64,000 nucleotides of DNA from Candidatus Doudnabacteria bacterium (GCA_963837465.1 CAWINB010000001.1:11915-75914), one strand, 5' to 3'; positions 11,498-23,058 are shown, counted from the first letter of the stretch. Translations and numbers: made by a program. The notes: generated by a model not told the origin, from the letters alone.

Positions 11498-12107
11498 ATG
11501 TCCACCCTCGCGTCGATGCCGACTCAACCGGCGGGCCCGATTCGGATCCCCTGGCCGCTCTACCGCATGACGCCTGGAGCAATACGAGTCGCTGATCGCC
11601 TCCGGCTTCTTCGCCAAGCAGGACGACGTCCACCTCATCAACGGATACGTGGTGAACCGAATGGCCGAATCGCCCTTGCACGGCGCCGTCTGCGAAGCGA
11701 TCCGCATGGCCATCGGGGCGATCCTGCTGGCCGGCTGGCATACCCGCAGCGAGAAGGGGCTGAGGATCCCCTCGCAGATCAGCATCCCGCGCCCGACCTC
11801 GCCGTCGTGCGCGGCGACTGCGCGGGATTACTTGACCCGGTACCCCGACGCGGCCGATGCCGCCCTGGTCGTCGAGGTGTCCGTCTCGAGCCTGGACGAA
11901 GACCGGGCGATGGCCGACATCTACGCGGCCGGCGGCATCCCGGTCTACTGGATCGTCAACGTGGACGACGGCCAGGTCGAGGTCTACTCCGACCCGGGTC
12001 CATCCGGCTACCAGTCGCACGAGGTCCTCGCGCCCGGCCATGTGCTGCCGGTCGTGATCGACGGCGTCGAGATCGGCGAGATCCCGGTGGCCGACATCCT
12101 GCCCTGA
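11498..12107 (+). CDS. Uma2 family protein 2 (frameshifted)
   Basis: WPLYRMT, VHLING, LVVEVSVSS, GIPVYWIVNV. Confidence 0.85.
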
Positions 12108-12123
12108 CGGGAGTTGACCGCCC

Positions 12124-12309
12124 ATGCCCAAGCCGATCCCCAAGCCACCGCGGGCCGAGGAGGTCCTGGCGGCGGTCGCGGCCCGGTACCCGGCCGGCGC
12201 GACGGTCACGCTGCCGATGATCGCCGAGGTCGGCGGCGTCAACCTGGCGACGGCGGGTCAGATCCGCCAGTGGGCGAGGGCGTGCAATTCATACCGTTCC
12301 GAGAAGTGA
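12124..12309 (+). CDS. small HTH-like protein, copy 2
   Basis: 61-aa ORF duplicated from 10969. Confidence 0.55.
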   Translation: MPKPIPKPPRAEEVLAAVAARYPAGATVTLPMIAEVGGVNLATAGQIRQWARACNSYRSEK

Positions 12310-12315
12310 CCCCAA

Positions 12316-13130
12316 CTAGAAATCACCATAAGTCTTCACGCGGCGGGTCAGGTCGGAGATCGCCTCTCTGTGGCTCATGTGTTCCTCTCGCCTGAGCATG
12401 TCGTAGACGACGACGAATCGTCTGATCAAACGCTTTTCGAAGCCTTTACGGCTGGTGGATCTCATGGTCTGAACCAGACCCTCGAGGATGTCTGTTGGCT
12501 TCGTTCCCTCCCGGTATAATTCCTGACTGGCGCTACGGCAGTTGATCCAGACGTCGAACACGTCTGCCTCGAAATAGCTCGTCGCCTCGACGAGAAGCAG
12601 TTCAAACTCCCGGCCGGGCGGCATTGTTGCAGCCATGTCCTCATAGAATTCGCGCATCGACTTTTGGGCCTTAGCGAGCGGTTCATAGTCTTTGGAGTCC
12701 TGTTCTTGCAGGGCGTTTCTCTCCCTGGCGCACCCATGAGAAACTTGGCCGCGTAATCAGGCATCTCGGGATGACGACGCTTCGGATCATAACCCCGAGA
12801 AAAACCAGCGAACCACAAACAGAGAGAAACAAAGCCGATCACCCCGGCCGAAATCCCACCCACCAAGACGAGGGTCTTCAGTCTTGAACTTGAAGCCTGT
12901 GCGTTCTTCGGCCTCCACGGTTCGGACTCAGGGCTACCCCTTTCCTCGTCGGTCGCAGGCCGTGTCAGTGCCGGGGGAATCGGCGGCGGAGAGTCACCTG
13001 ACTTCAATGTCAACGGGAACGGGACCACGACTCCCCATCCGCACGACGGACATTTCGACCGCCGGCCAGCGTATTCATCCTTCACGCTCAGATTCTTGCC
13101 GCACGATCCACACGAGAAGCTAATCGCCAT
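12316..13130 (-). CDS. Zn-ribbon single-TM protein (frameshifted)
   Basis: MAISFSCGSCGKNLSVKDEYAGRRSKCPSCG N-terminus, Pro-rich linker, TM helix; architecture common in planctomycetes. Confidence 0.65.
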
Positions 13131-13757
13131 CGATCGGCCTCCACCTAACGGCCAACACGAACGGCCACGCTTGGATCATGATATCGTGCATTATGTAGTA
13201 TTCAAGACAATCGAGCCTCCTCAGACCCCGCCGGCCAGGCAGGGGCGCCCTTCGGTCGGGGCGTTGGGCAGACCGCTCACCTACTTGCGGTCTGGGCTTC
13301 CGGTCTCGGATCATCCTCGATAATTCACCGGGGACCCAGACGACGCCCTGGTCGAGCCAGGGGCAAAGCGGATTAGTGCACCAAGCTCGTACGCACCGAG
13401 CTCCCCGCCGGGATCAGTTAGGTCGCGCCGCTCCCAAACAATTCTGTAAGCAACCGGTGAGGTACGACAACGGGGACAGATCACGTCGGCCATCGAGTTA
13501 GGCTCCCAGCAGGCCGGGATGCACTCCATTGGCATCTCCGTGCCCACTTCACAGCCTAATGCCCCAGACCTCCTTGGCTGAAACGGCGGGCCATCTGGTG
13601 ACCAGATTCCCTAACGTTAAGCGACTCTCGGATGAAGTGATGGCAGACGATCCGCTCGCGGGAAAACCCACGCTCAGTCTATAATCCGCTTGACTGCCTT
13701 TTACTTCATGACGTAGGTCTCGCTGTAAGGTGTGAGTGCCCAATAAGTTCCGAATTG

Positions 13758-14003
13758 CTACAGAGTATCACCTCGAAGGGATTCCTCAATCTTGGCCTTC
13801 AGCTCATCGGGGCCATTCACGTGCATCTTGAGGTCCTTCAGATCGCTTCCGCTAAAACTCAAAGTAACTTTTGACAGGTTCTCGTGGCCGATCGCATCTG
13901 CGACTCGCTGGCGTGCGATTTCCTCCATCTTGCTCCCGATGGAATCCCGGTTCTCTCGGAGGTATTCGTCGAGCATATCTTCGCCGTCGAATTCGAAGGA
14001 CAT
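13758..14003 (-). CDS. hypothetical protein
   Basis: MSFEFDGEDMLDEYL..., globular-looking 81-aa ORF. Confidence 0.5.
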   Translation of the reverse strand: MSFEFDGEDMLDEYLRENRDSIGSKMEEIARQRVADAIGHENLSKVTLSFSGSDLKDLKMHVNGPDELKAKIEESLRGDTL

Positions 14004-14366
14004 GATGGCTTCCACCTTCCAAATCGCTGGGCTCGGGTACTCCGCAGCAAACGGCCGAAACACACCAAGTTCGCCGTGTGATTGGGTAGATTATCTAAAC
14101 TAAAGTATACGCCATTTCGCCGTCGATCGCAACGTCGCTTGCCGTCGCGGCTCTTGGCCTTCACGTAGCAAATGGACAAAAAACAACGCTAAGGCCGGTC
14201 TTTCCCGAAACTCAGTGGCTCAAGCAGGCCTGGGGACGTTGATTCTGTGACGGGTAACGGAACGGCTTTGAGGGGCCTTTTCAGCGGGATTTCGGCTACC
14301 CTAGGGGAGAGTGCCGAAATTGCTCCATTTCGGGATTGAGTGAGTCGAAGACCGGAATCGACATGG

Positions 14367-15257
14367 ATGCTCACGCGATGGCTGGTGTTCCATGTCGCGA
14401 GCGGCCAATCGTTCTTCACAGGCGCCGCCTGCCTGATTGTTGCGGTGTGTCTGACAGCCTTGAAAAAGCAGCGTCACATACGCATAGCTCGGAACGCTCT
14501 CGTCTGTCTCGGAGGCATATTCGTCTCCGTGTCCGCGACACCGTTGTCGCCTTGGTTCTATCTCCTCCTGCTCATCGCGTCACTGCTCTGGTTGGTGGGC
14601 GAAGCGTTTGGTGGGCGGGTCTCCGGCCCGACTCGTCCTCGGGTTGCGGGTCGCTGTCGCCATCGTGTGGGTAGCGGCGGTGCTCGTCGAATTGCCCTAC
14701 CACCTCTCGCCGAGGGTTCCTCAACTCGGCCATCCGATTCTCGGAATCATCGGCGATTCGGTAACGGCCGGGATGGGTGAGCAGAAGGCCGTTACCTGGC
14801 CCCGAATCTTCGCGGACCGCTACGGCGTCGTGGTCCACGACCATTCTCTGGCGGGGGCCAATGTCGCTTCCGCGTTGCGACAAGCGGCCTCTGTTTCCTC
14901 GGACGAGCGGCTCGTTTTGCTGGAGATCGGTGGGAATGACATCCTGGGGGAGACCACCCCCGCAGGGTTTGAGGCGGGGCTCGCGGGTTGCTCTCGGCGG
15001 TCTGCCGACCCGGCCGAGTTGTTGTCATGCTTGAGTTGCCGTTGCCGCCCACGTACAACGCTTACGGCCGCATTCAGCGTCGCCTGGCTCGGCAATACAA
15101 GACCCTCTTGGTTCCCAAGCGAGTTCTGCTCGGTGTCCTCCAACAGCAGGGCTCGACCCTCGACACGATTCATCTCACCCAAGAGGGTCACCAAGGCATG
15201 GCCGACGCCGTTTGGAATGTCGTGCGGGCTGCGTACGAAGACGAGAGGCGGCCTTAG
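14367..15257 (+). CDS. membrane-anchored GDSL/SGNH hydrolase (frameshifted)
   Basis: IIGDSVTAG, EIGGND, DTIHLTQEGH blocks across three frames. Confidence 0.8.
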
Positions 15258-16503
15258 CGTTGTTTTCTGTCCGTTTGCTACTGGAAGGCCCTCTTGAAGT
15301 TCCTCGGACCCCGCCGGCCCGTCCGTGGCCCGGCCCCCCGCCCACCCCCGGAGTGCCGGCATCGTGCCGGCCCGGGCGGTCGGGCCGTCGTGGCCCGCCC
15401 GCTGCTCGCGCCCGCCGGCCTGGTCCCGCTCGAGGCGCCCGCCCGCCGGCCGGGCCGGTCGGAGGGCCGGCATCCTGCCGGCCACCCGCGACGGCGACCG
15501 CGACCGCCGCGGCCGACGGCGACGCCGAGCTGGTCCGCCTGGACTGGACAGCCCGCCCGCCGGTGACCGCCCGGGCCGGCCCGGGCCACCATCGCCGGCG
15601 ACGGTGACGGCGACGTCGGCCGCGGTGACGCGCACGCTGACGACGCCCAGGCCGTTGACCAGCTCGGCGACGATCGCCGCGGCGATGGGGATCCTCGCCT
15701 GGCTTCCAGAGCCGCCGGCTACGCTCAAGCGGAGACTGACGCGTCAATCAGAGAAGGGAGGGCGTGCCGCCGGCAAAGACACGCTGACGCGGGCGGACGT
15801 TTCCCAGGCGGTAGCTCGCCAGGCTTCAGGGGAATCGGAGCCCTGTTGCTTCGTAAACGACCAGCCGTCAGCCGCTCCCGACACATGCCGTGCCAGGCGG
15901 CTCACTGCGTTCGGCCCTACGGGCTACCCGCCTGTCACGGCAATATGCAGGGTCCGCGGTTCACGGGCACGGCCGTCCTGGCTGGGTTCGGCGGGCATCC
16001 TGCCCCCGGGCTTCGGCCAACACCCCCCAAGAATACCGGGGGGGGTTTTGGCCTCCGCCGAACAAAAGGTGGTCGCTTCGCTCCGCGCTATCAGTTGGGG
16101 GTAAGGAGGAGGAGAGGAGGGGGGTCTCCCCCCGCGGCCGGCATCCTGTCCGGCCCGCCCCAAGGCCACGGCGGGCATCGTGCCCGCCGCTGCCGCTGTC
16201 GCGGTGCATCGCCCGCCCGCCGCTCGCCGGCCCGCTCGTTGGCGGGCGTCCGCCCCCCGGCCACATCGCCTCATCATTCGTTTATTAGTTCACTCTTGCA
16301 CGTATGTTTCCGGAAACGACACTAGTCGATTTTCCCGGGGAAAACCGCGATTTTCCCGGATTTTGGCTTATGACAGCCATAGTGTATTTTGGTACAATGG
16401 CGGTCCCGGGCCGGCATCGGGCCGGCCCGGGAAAGCAATGGCCCCGCGAGTGCTAGTAACACCCGCGGGGCCGAGTCCGCAAGCTTATTGGAGCTCGCGA
16501 ACC

Positions 16504-17050
16504 ATGGCCACTGTAGCAGCTCCGCCGCGCCCCGTCGGCGCGGCCCCGCCCCCCGTCCGTCACGGCATCTGCCGGCTCACCCTCCGGATCGGAGGCACCG
16601 AGTACCGCCTCCGGCCCATGCCCGCCCCAGCCCGGCTTCCGCGCCGTCTGGGTGCTCAGGAAACTCGATCCGCACGGCCCGGTCGTGCACTACTCCGTCG
16701 CCCAGCCCAAGGGCGAGCCCGCCGGTTGCACCTGCCCGGATCACGAACAGCGTGGTCCATATGCAAGCACATCATGGCGCTTGCGGCGCTGGGCCTCATC
16801 GCCCCGCCGAAGGCCGCCCGGCCGGCCAAGGCCCGCACCCGGCAGCTCCACGCCAAGAATGCCCGCCAGGCCATCGCCGAGGCCAAGGCCCTGCCGGTCG
16901 AGGCCCGCCGCCACCTGGCGGAGATCGCCCCGCGCCCAGGCCTGCCCGGAGGGCTGGCAGTCCCGGCGGCGCCGCACCCGTCCTTCGCCACCGGCTTCCG
17001 CCAGGCCGTTGCCGCCCACGTCGCCCGCATCCGGCCGCGGCGGCCTATGA
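16504..17050 (+). CDS. SWIM zinc-finger protein (frameshifted)
   Basis: CTCPD...CKHIMAL across frames. Confidence 0.6.
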
Positions 17051-17476
17051 GCCATCTGCGATGGCTGCGGCGCGGAATTCGACCCAGATCTCCGGCGATC
17101 CCGAATTTCTGCGAAGCATGCTTGCGCGAAGGAGGTGCGCATGAACAACACCGAACTTCTCACTTACGTCCAGGCCGAGATCCGGCGCTGGGGGCGCTGC
17201 GGCGGCCCATGCCGCGTTCGTCGCCGATCAGCTCGATCGCATCGCGCAGCTCATCGTCGTTCACCGGCGCGAGACAGCCCGAGCAATTCGACGCGGATCG
17301 CGTGCAACGAGGAAGGCGTCAAGGAGGAAGCACTTCGAGCCGCGGCTACCGAGGGTCGGGAATCCGCACCTCCTGTCCATCTGAGCGGCCGTGCACCAAT
17401 TAGCCCGCCCCCCGCCCCACGGCCCGCCCCGCCCGTCCCGGGCGGGTCGGGCCTGCTCCCATCAGGAGATCACACC

Positions 17477-17731
17477 ATGGCGAAGAAACGACGCAAGAAG
17501 CTCACGAAGGCGGAGGCCGGCCGCATGGGCGGCAAGGCCACCGTGCGGAAGTACGGCCCCGAGCACATGCGACGATCGGCAAGGCCGGTTTCAGGCATCC
17601 GCCGGAAGTTCGGCTACATGGGCGGAGCCGCTGGCGCGATCCCGATGGCTGAAGAGGCAGGGGAAGATCCCCGAGCCTGGCCGACCCGCGACCCCGGAGA
17701 GCCGATCTTTCACGGCCTCTGGGAGCACTGA
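17477..17731 (+). CDS. KGG-motif small basic protein (frameshifted)
   Basis: AEAGRMGGKATVRKYGPEHM; AGGAG RBS. Confidence 0.55.
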   Translation: MAKKRRKKLTKAEAGRMGGKATVRKYGPEHMRRSARPVSGIRRKFGYMGGAAGAIPMAEEAGEDPRAWPTRDPGEPIFHGLWEH

Positions 17732-18587
17732 CGCCCGGCCCGACGAGCCCGAGGAGCCCGGTCATCGCGCAGATCCTGGCGTCGATCCGGCCGCCACCCA
17801 TCCACCGCACGACGAGAGGGATCTTCGGCTTCACGGCCGCACAGCGTGCGCCATCGCCCGAGCGACACGGGAGGATGACCCGTCATGACCAACGCCGAAC
17901 GCAAAGAGCCGCAGGGAGGCGGCGCTGAAGGCCGCCAGGACCCGCGCGGCGAAGCAGGCCACGGCCCCGGCCGAGCCCGAGGTGCCCACGCGCCCGGGAG
18001 ATCCTCGAGCGAGCCCGCGCCCTGGGCATCCACCGGGAGCGCGGCATCTACCGCTGGGCGCACGAGCTCAAGGCCGGCCATCACCCCAGGACTGGCCCTG
18101 GATGGTCCGGCAGGCCCTCCTCGGCGCCCTCGAAGTCTGGGAGGGGAAGCCGATGATCGTCCGACTTCGAGCAAGTCAACGCCCGCGGCGAGGCCTCCCG
18201 GCCGCGGGTCGATCTGAACGCCCTGGGCGCGCTCCTGGACCGCGCCGCCCTGGGCGTCGAGATGCTGCGCGGCCGGCTCCAGGCCGCCGGAGAGATCCCC
18301 GGCCCCGAGGCCAAGGCCCTGGAAACAGACCTCATCGCCGCGCTGCGGGAAGTCCGGTCGGTCCGGACCCGATCGCGGCGCCGCACCCCATGCACCAGGA
18401 GATGAGACATGCCCCGACCGAAGAAGAGCACCGACGGCCACGGGAAGGGAATCCCGCTGATCCCCTTCGAGGAGGTTGAACGCACCGGAAACCGACCTCT
18501 CGCAAGTCCCGGTCGAAGACCTGATGGACGAGCTCGCCATCGCGGGTTCCTCGTGGCCAAGGCCGATGAGGGAAGGCCCGAGCCGGT

Positions 18588-19079
18588 CAATATTTGGGCA
18601 GGGACAGGGTAAATATGCAGTTTGAGATGCCGCTTAATAATATTATTTTGGATTTCTACGACAAACTAAAATCCGTTTCCAGCGGTTACGCGTCTTTAAA
18701 TTACGATTTTATAGAGGAGCGGGTGGGGGATTTGGTTAAGGTGGATATTTTAGTGGCCGGCGAACCCGTAGCCGCGCTCTCGGCCATAATGCACCGCAGT
18801 GTCGCCCACACCGACGGCAAAGAGCTGGTGGAAAAACTCAAAACCCTGATTCCCCGCCACCAATTTGAAATAGCCATCCAGGCTACAATAGGCGGCAAAG
18901 TCGTCGCCCGCGAAACCATCTCCGCTCTCCGTAAAGACGTTACCGGATATTTATACGGCGGCGATGTTACGCGCAAAATGAAACTGTTGAATAAACAAAA
19001 AAAAGGCAAAAAAAGGATGAAGCAGATTGGAAGAGTAGAAATCCCGCAGGAAGCGTTTTTGGCGGTCTTAAAGAAATAA
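18588..19079 (+). CDS. lepA: elongation factor 4, C-terminal part only (5' end lost at junction)
   Basis: [53 protein letters not shown]. Confidence 0.96.
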   Translation, partial: QYLGRDRVNMQFEMPLNNIILDFYDKLKSVSSGYASLNYDFIEERVGDLVKVDILVAGEPVAALSAIMHRSVAHTDGKELVEKLKTLIPRHQFEIAIQATIGGKVVARETISALRKDVTGYLYGGDVTRKMKLLNKQKKGKKRMKQIGRVEIPQEAFLAVLKK

Positions 19080-19089
19080 AGTTATCCAC

Positions 19090-19118
19090 TTGACAATTGG
19101 TGTACGATTGTATACTAT
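19090..19118 (+). promoter_or_regulatory. sigma70 promoter
   Basis: TTGACA-17-TACTAT. Confidence 0.6.
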
Positions 19119-19141
19119 AAATACAAATAATATAAACTGAA

Positions 19142-19648
19142 ATGAAAAAAGAAGAACTTTTAGAAAAAGCAACAAACTTCGCCAAGAACAATGGTTATGT
19201 TGATGTAGTTAAAATAGCCAATGAGGCCGGGATTGGCGTTTTTGCGGTTGAAGAAGATGATAATTTCAACGCAAAGATTATTTATGACAAAGAAAATGAT
19301 AAGTACAAACTCTATGTAAATGAGAATCACACTATTGAAAGGCAGAGATTTTCAGTGGCTCATGAACTGGCACATCGAGTACTTCACAACGCAGAGTTAG
19401 TTACCTTGGGAAAATTGGATAGGGATGGCGATTCTATAATGGAGGAAGATGCCGATACCTTAGCCGCCGAAATTTTAATGCCTAAAATACTTGTTGAAAA
19501 TTATTTTGAATCACAAGGGTTTAAGGAAAACAAAATTGACAAAGGGATTATTTCCAGTATTGCAAAAAAATTTAGAGTTTCAAAAAGTATGACAATTCTT
19601 CGCTTAAGAGACCTAGACTACTATGTCCCCTTTATTCAATTTTCGTAA
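19142..19648 (+). CDS. ImmA/IrrE family metallopeptidase
   Basis: RQRFSVAHELAH, EEDADTLAAEILMP. Confidence 0.9.
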   Translation: MKKEELLEKATNFAKNNGYVDVVKIANEAGIGVFAVEEDDNFNAKIIYDKENDKYKLYVNENHTIERQRFSVAHELAHRVLHNAELVTLGKLDRDGDSIMEEDADTLAAEILMPKILVENYFESQGFKENKIDKGIISSIAKKFRVSKSMTILRLRDLDYYVPFIQFS

Positions 19649-19922
19649 GGAGCCAAAACAAATATATACGGACGATGGGCTTGAGCAACTTACCCAAAAT
19701 GACGGCTACTGGCGTGTTAAGTTGTTGCGTGACGTTATTACCTATGTGGCGTGCGGTCTGATAGTTTTATTTGCCGTGGCTATTATTTATGAATATATAT
19801 TTGACTTAGCTTTTAGAAACTTCGTTATCGGGGAAATCAAAGATAGTTTTGAAGGGATAGTGTTCTTTGTTTTGTCTATGATTGGTATAACCTATAACAT
19901 AAAAGGAAAAAATTTAAAATAA
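19623..19922 (+). CDS. hypothetical 2-TM protein
   Basis: Two hydrophobic segments; overlaps the IrrE gene. Confidence 0.7.
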   Translation: MSPLFNFRKEPKQIYTDDGLEQLTQNDGYWRVKLLRDVITYVACGLIVLFAVAIIYEYIFDLAFRNFVIGEIKDSFEGIVFFVLSMIGITYNIKGKNLK

Positions 19923-19964
19923 AAAAAAATCGGCAAAATGCCGATTTTTTGGTATAGTTTAACT

Positions 19965-21368
19965 ATGAACCAATATAAAGTTGGTTTCCAAAGCCAGGAT
20001 AAGGAAACAAGCAAATCTGAGCTAAAAATAGAAGGACAAATCCCGCAATGGCTAACAGGGACTTTGTTTCGGAATGGGCCGGCTAAGTTTGAGGCGGGGG
20101 ATCAGAAGTTAAACCATTGGTTTGACGGCTTTTCTATGTTGCATGCTTTTAGGTTCAAAAATGGGCAAATAAGCTACCAAAGCAAATTTTTAAACAGCCA
20201 CGCCTACGGAAAATCAAAAGCTAACGGTAGATTGCAGTATCGGGAATTTGCCACAGACCCGTGTAAATCTATTTTCGCCAAAGTTTTTACGGACTTTCAA
20301 AATAGTCTTACTGATAATGCCAATGTCAACATTAGCCGCTATGCCAAAGATTATGTCGCCCTTACCGAAACCACTTTGCCGGTTATTTTTGACCCACAAA
20401 CTTTGGAGGCAGCCGGGGTTTATGATTTTAAGGATAAAATCAAAGGCCAGGTTACTACGGCTCATCCGCATTACGATGCCCGAACCGGGGAATTTTTTAA
20501 TTACGTCGTAAAATTTTCCGCCAAAAGCGTTTACCGAATATACAAAGGGAACAGTGAAGCCAAAAGAGAATTATTGTGCGAAATTCCGGTAAAAAATCCA
20601 AGCTACATGCACAGCTTCGGCTTGAGCGAAAATTATATAATTTTAACGCAATTTCCTTTGGTAATTAACCCGCTTAAGCTGATTTTTTCCGGCAAGCCCT
20701 TTATAGAAAATTATCAATGGCGACCGGAATTGGGAACCGTTGTGACATTAATTAACAGAAGCTCCGGCGAAGTGGATGCCAATATTAAAACCGAAAGCTT
20801 TTTTGCTTTTCATCATATAAATTCCTACGAAAAAGACGGCGAAGTAATTGTAGACTTATGCGCCTATTCTAATCCGGATGTAATTCGGGCGCTATACCTA
20901 AATAATTTGACTGGGGAAAATCCCAGCGAGTTTCCTATGCCACACTTGCATAGGCTTAGCTTAAATTTAAAGCAAAATTTATGTAGCAGTAAAAAAATCT
21001 CCAATGTCGGCATAGAACTTCCCAGAATTAATTACCAAAATTTTAATACCAGGCCTTACAAGTTTGCCTACGGAGCTGCTTTTAGTAACTCAGACAGTTT
21101 TATTAATCAGTTGGTAAAAGCTGATGTTACGTCCGGGCAGAACATTGTGTGGCGGCGACAAGGGACTTTTCCGGGAGAACCTGTATTTGTGGCAAAGCCC
21201 GGTTCTCCCAACGAAGATGAAGGCATAGTTTTATCCGTAGTCCTGGACTCCAAAAGCGACAACTCTTTTTTGCTGATTTTGGATGCGAGCAATTTTAAAG
21301 AACTCGCCCGCGCCCAAGTTTCAAACCGTATACCTTTTGGCTTCCACGGGCAGTTTTATAAATCGTAG
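19965..21368 (+). CDS. carotenoid cleavage oxygenase (RPE65 family)
   Basis: RNGP, HWFDG, TAHPH, YMHSF, FHHIN, ELPRIN, GEPVFV, GFHG; four Fe-binding His. Confidence 0.92.
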   Translation: MNQYKVGFQSQDKETSKSELKIEGQIPQWLTGTLFRNGPAKFEAGDQKLNHWFDGFSMLHAFRFKNGQISYQSKFLNSHAYGKSKANGRLQYREFATDPCKSIFAKVFTDFQNSLTDNANVNISRYAKDYVALTETTLPVIFDPQTLEAAGVYDFKDKIKGQVTTAHPHYDARTGEFFNYVVKFSAKSVYRIYKGNSEAKRELLCEIPVKNPSYMHSFGLSENYIILTQFPLVINPLKLIFSGKPFIENYQWRPELGTVVTLINRSSGEVDANIKTESFFAFHHINSYEKDGEVIVDLCAYSNPDVIRALYLNNLTGENPSEFPMPHLHRLSLNLKQNLCSSKKISNVGIELPRINYQNFNTRPYKFAYGAAFSNSDSFINQLVKADVTSGQNIVWRRQGTFPGEPVFVAKPGSPNEDEGIVLSVVLDSKSDNSFLLILDASNFKELARAQVSNRIPFGFHGQFYKS

Positions 21369-21377
21369 ATATTATTT

Positions 21378-21936
21378 ATGGCATTAAACGCGTTCATTTT
21401 TCACGGCACAGCGGGACATCCGCAAGAAAACTGGTTTCCCTGGATAAGGGAAAAATTAGAGGCCAGAGGACTTGAGGTTTTTGTGCCGCGGTTTCCTACG
21501 CCGGAGGGACAATCTTTAGAAGCTTGGCTTAAGGTTTTGGAACATCTTCGCGGTAAAATAAACCGGGACACAATAATTATCGGCCATAGTTTGGGCGGTA
21601 TGTTTGCCCTTAAGCTTCTTGAACTTTTAGAGCAGTCTGTAAAGCTTGCGGTTTTTGTCGCAACTCCAATTGGAGTTGGGGAAATAAAAAATTATGATGC
21701 CGATAAGGCTTTTGCCGGCTTTGATTTTGACTGGGAGAAAATTAAAGCAAACTCCAAAAATTTTATTGTCTACCATTCCGACAACGACCCCTACGTTTCC
21801 CTGGAAAACGGCCAGGAACTTGCAAAGCATTCTAGGAATTGAATTAACCTTTATCCCAAACGCCGGACACTTTAACAAAGCCGCGGGTTATTTAACTTTT
21901 GAAGATCTTTTGGAAAAAATCACGCCCCTACTTTAA
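21378..21936 (+). CDS. RBBP9/YdeN alpha/beta hydrolase (frameshift ~21832)
   Basis: NWFPW, GHSLGG, SDNDPYV, NAGHF. Confidence 0.85.
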
Positions 21937-22069
21937 ATCACGAGTGCTTATTCGTACGAATAAGCACTGTAGCTTTAACAATCGGCAAACAGCCGATTTT
22001 TTGTTATAATTGGGGAAGGTAATTAATCTTTTTATTATGTATAAAACAAAAGCGCGTAAGGATTGCGAT

Positions 22070-22690
22070 ATGCCGGGGGATAGCGAGCTTAAGGTTTTGG
22101 TGCTTAATGCGTCTTTAAAACATAAAGGCGGCGAGATTTCCAATACGGAAGAGGTGGCACAGATGGTTTTGGACAACATGCGGGGGAAAATCAGTTCGGA
22201 AATTATCAGGCTCGCGGACAAGAATATTCCGGTCGGTTTGGGTTTTAGGGAAAGTCCGGATGACGAATGGCCGGGGATTGTGGAAAAAATCAAGGCCGCG
22301 GACATTGTAATTTTCGCCACGCCAATTTGGTGGGGCGGTCGGTCCAGCTTAATGCAAAGAGTTATAGAAAGAATGGACGCCCTGGACGAAGAATACCGCG
22401 CCGACGGCAGAAGCGCGCTTTACAACAAAGTCGCGGGCATTTGCATAACCGGCAGCGAGGATGGCGCGCTTAGTGTTATGGGAAGCATTATGATGGTCTT
22501 AACCTGGATGGGTTTTACCCTGCCGCCGGAATGCTGCGCTTACTGGATAGGCGAAGTCGGCCAACCCGTTGCCACGGACCGCGAACGCAGACTTAAAAAC
22601 CAGGCCACCAAACATATGGCTATGAATATGGCCCGCAATCTGGTTTACTACGCGCAATTACTGAAGACACATCCGTTAAACCCTAAATAA
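22070..22690 (+). CDS. NADPH-dependent FMN reductase/flavodoxin family protein
   Basis: NASLK, ADIVIFATPIWWG. Confidence 0.85.
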   Translation: MPGDSELKVLVLNASLKHKGGEISNTEEVAQMVLDNMRGKISSEIIRLADKNIPVGLGFRESPDDEWPGIVEKIKAADIVIFATPIWWGGRSSLMQRVIERMDALDEEYRADGRSALYNKVAGICITGSEDGALSVMGSIMMVLTWMGFTLPPECCAYWIGEVGQPVATDRERRLKNQATKHMAMNMARNLVYYAQLLKTHPLNPK

Positions 22691-22697
22691 TTTTTTT

Positions 22698-22922
22698 GTG
22701 AATTTACCATTTTATATTTTAGTCCTGGATGCCAGGTCAAAAAGCGTCAACCCGCGAATCTTAATCCTGCGAAATTTCCGGGTTAAGGTTGTGGATATCC
22801 ATAATTTTGGCTGGTCGCAATTTCAGGACCTGCAAAAAACCTATGCCGCGGACAATTTCCATCCCAACGATTTAGGCTATCAAAACTGGGCAAGCGCCTT
22901 TATAAGCCAAATATCCCAATAA
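22698..22922 (+). pseudogene. SGNH hydrolase C-terminal fragment
   Basis: DNFHPNDLGY motif only. Confidence 0.5.
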
Positions 22923-23058
22923 TCCCGCTTATTTATAAGCCCTTGACACACCCATAATTACCTGTCATACTTGTTTGGCAGATACTTATGTCTAGAAAGT
23001 AGTCGAATTTCCCAATCATATTTAAATTTGCGATTTTATTATCTAAACTATCAATTCC

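Noticed and set aside
383-18587. Many frameshifts as programmed recoding or mass pseudogenisation
   Set aside because: They are single-base indels scattered across unrelated genes, some in homopolymers; long-read error is more parsimonious.
286-18590. Numerous long overlapping Arg/Pro/Gly-rich ORFs in the ORF track
   Set aside because: These are shadow ORFs typical of high-GC DNA, with no recognisable motifs.
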